From assembly GCA_040954595.2 (NCBI GenBank), contig CM082588.2:9470844-9534843 (forward strand): a stretch of DNA of 64,000 bases, written 5' to 3'. The notes under the pieces are model-generated. The model was not told where the DNA came from, ran no database searches, and saw only the letters and a list, made by a program, of their open reading frames with translations. The position numbers and the translations under genes are program-made. The stretch's first letter is position 1. Every line of letters starts with the position of its first letter. The DNA comes from Balanoglossus misakiensis (taxonomy: Eukaryota > Animalia > Hemichordata). Positions 62,423 to 64,000 of this stretch are shown in pieces.

Positions 62423-64000
62423 AGTCCAGGTCCTGGCAAAATTTTACATTAATTTAAACAGGAATAAACGATGTCATGTCCAAGCATTTTTCCTGGAAAA
62501 GGGCAAAAAAAATCTTTCAAAAATGTGTTTTTTAACAGAAAAAAACGTAATTTTGGGGTGACTTTTGTGGTATGCCGCTGATCGTGAAGTTTCGGATGTC
62601 GCGCGTCCCTAATGGGAAAATGACGTCACTAGTGGAACACAAAATAATATCATGACTTGCGTTGTGCATTGAACGCCGGCGTCTACTTCAAAAATTGTGA
62701 AATACGGTGTTGTTGGTGGGTGTAGCAACATGAATTTAACGACGATATATCGATGCAGAGCTTTCCCAGTGACCCAGGAGTAGCTTTGAAACGGGTTACT
62801 AGGCGTACTGACTGAGTAAAATGCGAGACAGGTATCATTTGTGGTACACACTTGTGTGCGCCAGATCTCTTCGTTTGATACGTACAATGGTAAGCAGGTT
62901 ATAGGACGAGGCTGGATTTAGTTCCAGGTGCCGTACCCTCCTTAAAATCACATAAACAGTAAATACCAACGATTTATTTTCCCCACAAATGCCGCAACCC
63001 ACTTCCAAATTCCAAACATGGCCGTGTTTGGAAGCTAGTACTACGACGCGTCGTCGCATTCAGAAATGTCAGCTATTACGGGTGAACCCTAAACACTAGG
63101 TCAACTGCTAGCTGCTCGGAAGTTGTTCGTATTTAGGATACGTATAACAGCAACAACTACCGTGCTAAGACATTTTATTAAATTAATTTATTAAAAAACA
63201 CCGATTACATGTATGTGGGTTTTGGTTCTTTGTGTTTTAATTTACCTCCTCCATTGGTTTACGCATGGTTTACGCAAGTCCGCTGGTGAAAACGCTCGCT
63301 TCCAACAAACGCCATTGATGATGCTATGGATGCGTTCGGTTGCTAACGGTGCCGAATCTATGATTTTTAATTTGCCAATCGTCACTAGATGAAATATTTG
63401 ACATATTTACACAACCATTTAAATACTGTCTAGATATTTTTGGGTCTATTTACTTTTCTCTTGCAACGATTTGACTTTCACCACGTCGCACATGCATGGC
63501 CATGGGATAGGGTGGTAAATGTTGTAAACATAAACAAAAACGGCACGGCAAGTCACGACGGCACGATACAGTACACATCGCCAACATCCATTAAATTGCT
63601 GCTGTATAACTATCAACATTTTGCCGAGTAATTTCCATTCTAACTAAATATGCACACAATTTTAAATTTTAGCGTGTGTGCACTGTTTGATGCGACTCAA
63701 TATCGCTCAGCTGTACAGCACTAGCACCTCGAACATAGTGACGTGTCGATGTTCTAGAAAATGTGTAATGATATTGGCTAGACATTACGATAGCGTCAAC
63801 AAGTTGGTCAATATCACCACCTTCGCTGTCACTTCTGGCATCACAAGTCATGCAGCCCCAGTCATCGGTTTCACTTTCAAAATCGTGCACCACCGCAGGC
63901 ACCGCGCCGTACGAATGGCAGACATGTTTGTTTATGTGTTCCACTAGTGACGTCACAGGTGCATGGGGTGAAAACGGCGCGTACTCGGCAATTTCCGGAA
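62423..64000. mobile_element. Internally deleted Kolobok-type element; the right end lies beyond the window
   Basis: Candidate TTAA|AG start at 62419-62424. Subterminal IR TGACGTCACTAGTGGAACAC (62621-62640) pairs with GTGTTCCACTAGTGACGTCA (63936-63955). Convergent gene relics lie inside. Confidence 0.6.
62697..62940 (+). pseudogene. Decayed THAP zinc-finger domain
   Basis: VKYGVVGGCSN ... FPSDPGVALK ... IICGTHL ... RLDLVPGAVPS follows the THAP C-x-C...FP...C-x-x-H...AVP pattern, with frameshifts and stops. Confidence 0.75.

Overview
AT-rich, intron-containing animal DNA. The repeat repertoire suggests a marine invertebrate, possibly a deuterostome such as a hemichordate or echinoderm (inference). 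It is almost entirely a nested transposon graveyard. DNA-transposon coding remnants are a P-element-like transposase, a CACTA/EnSpm transposase, a PIF/Harbinger-group element with its Myb/SANT partner gene, a Crypton tyrosine recombinase and Kolobok-type TTAA elements with decayed THAP genes. Retroelements are L1/Tx1, RTE and L2-group LINEs. Non-autonomous elements include Helentron-type (HINE/DINE-like) elements and several MITEs with clean target-site duplications (TSDs). The only host-type gene is a pseudogenised secreted TSP1/EGF-repeat gene (46200-48191). Two things stand out. First, a nearly intact spliced DDE transposase of about 980 codons (19051-22391) ends in a Spindlin (Spin/Ssty) Tudor-like domain with an apparently intact aromatic cage, so it is a candidate histone-methyl-reading transposase. 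Second, an Academ-like element with about 460-bp TIRs (9451-13231) has an interior made entirely of a doubly truncated L1/Tx1 endonuclease-RT fragment, a DNA transposon packaging a retrotransposon. All family assignments come from motif recognition by eye; no database searches were run.
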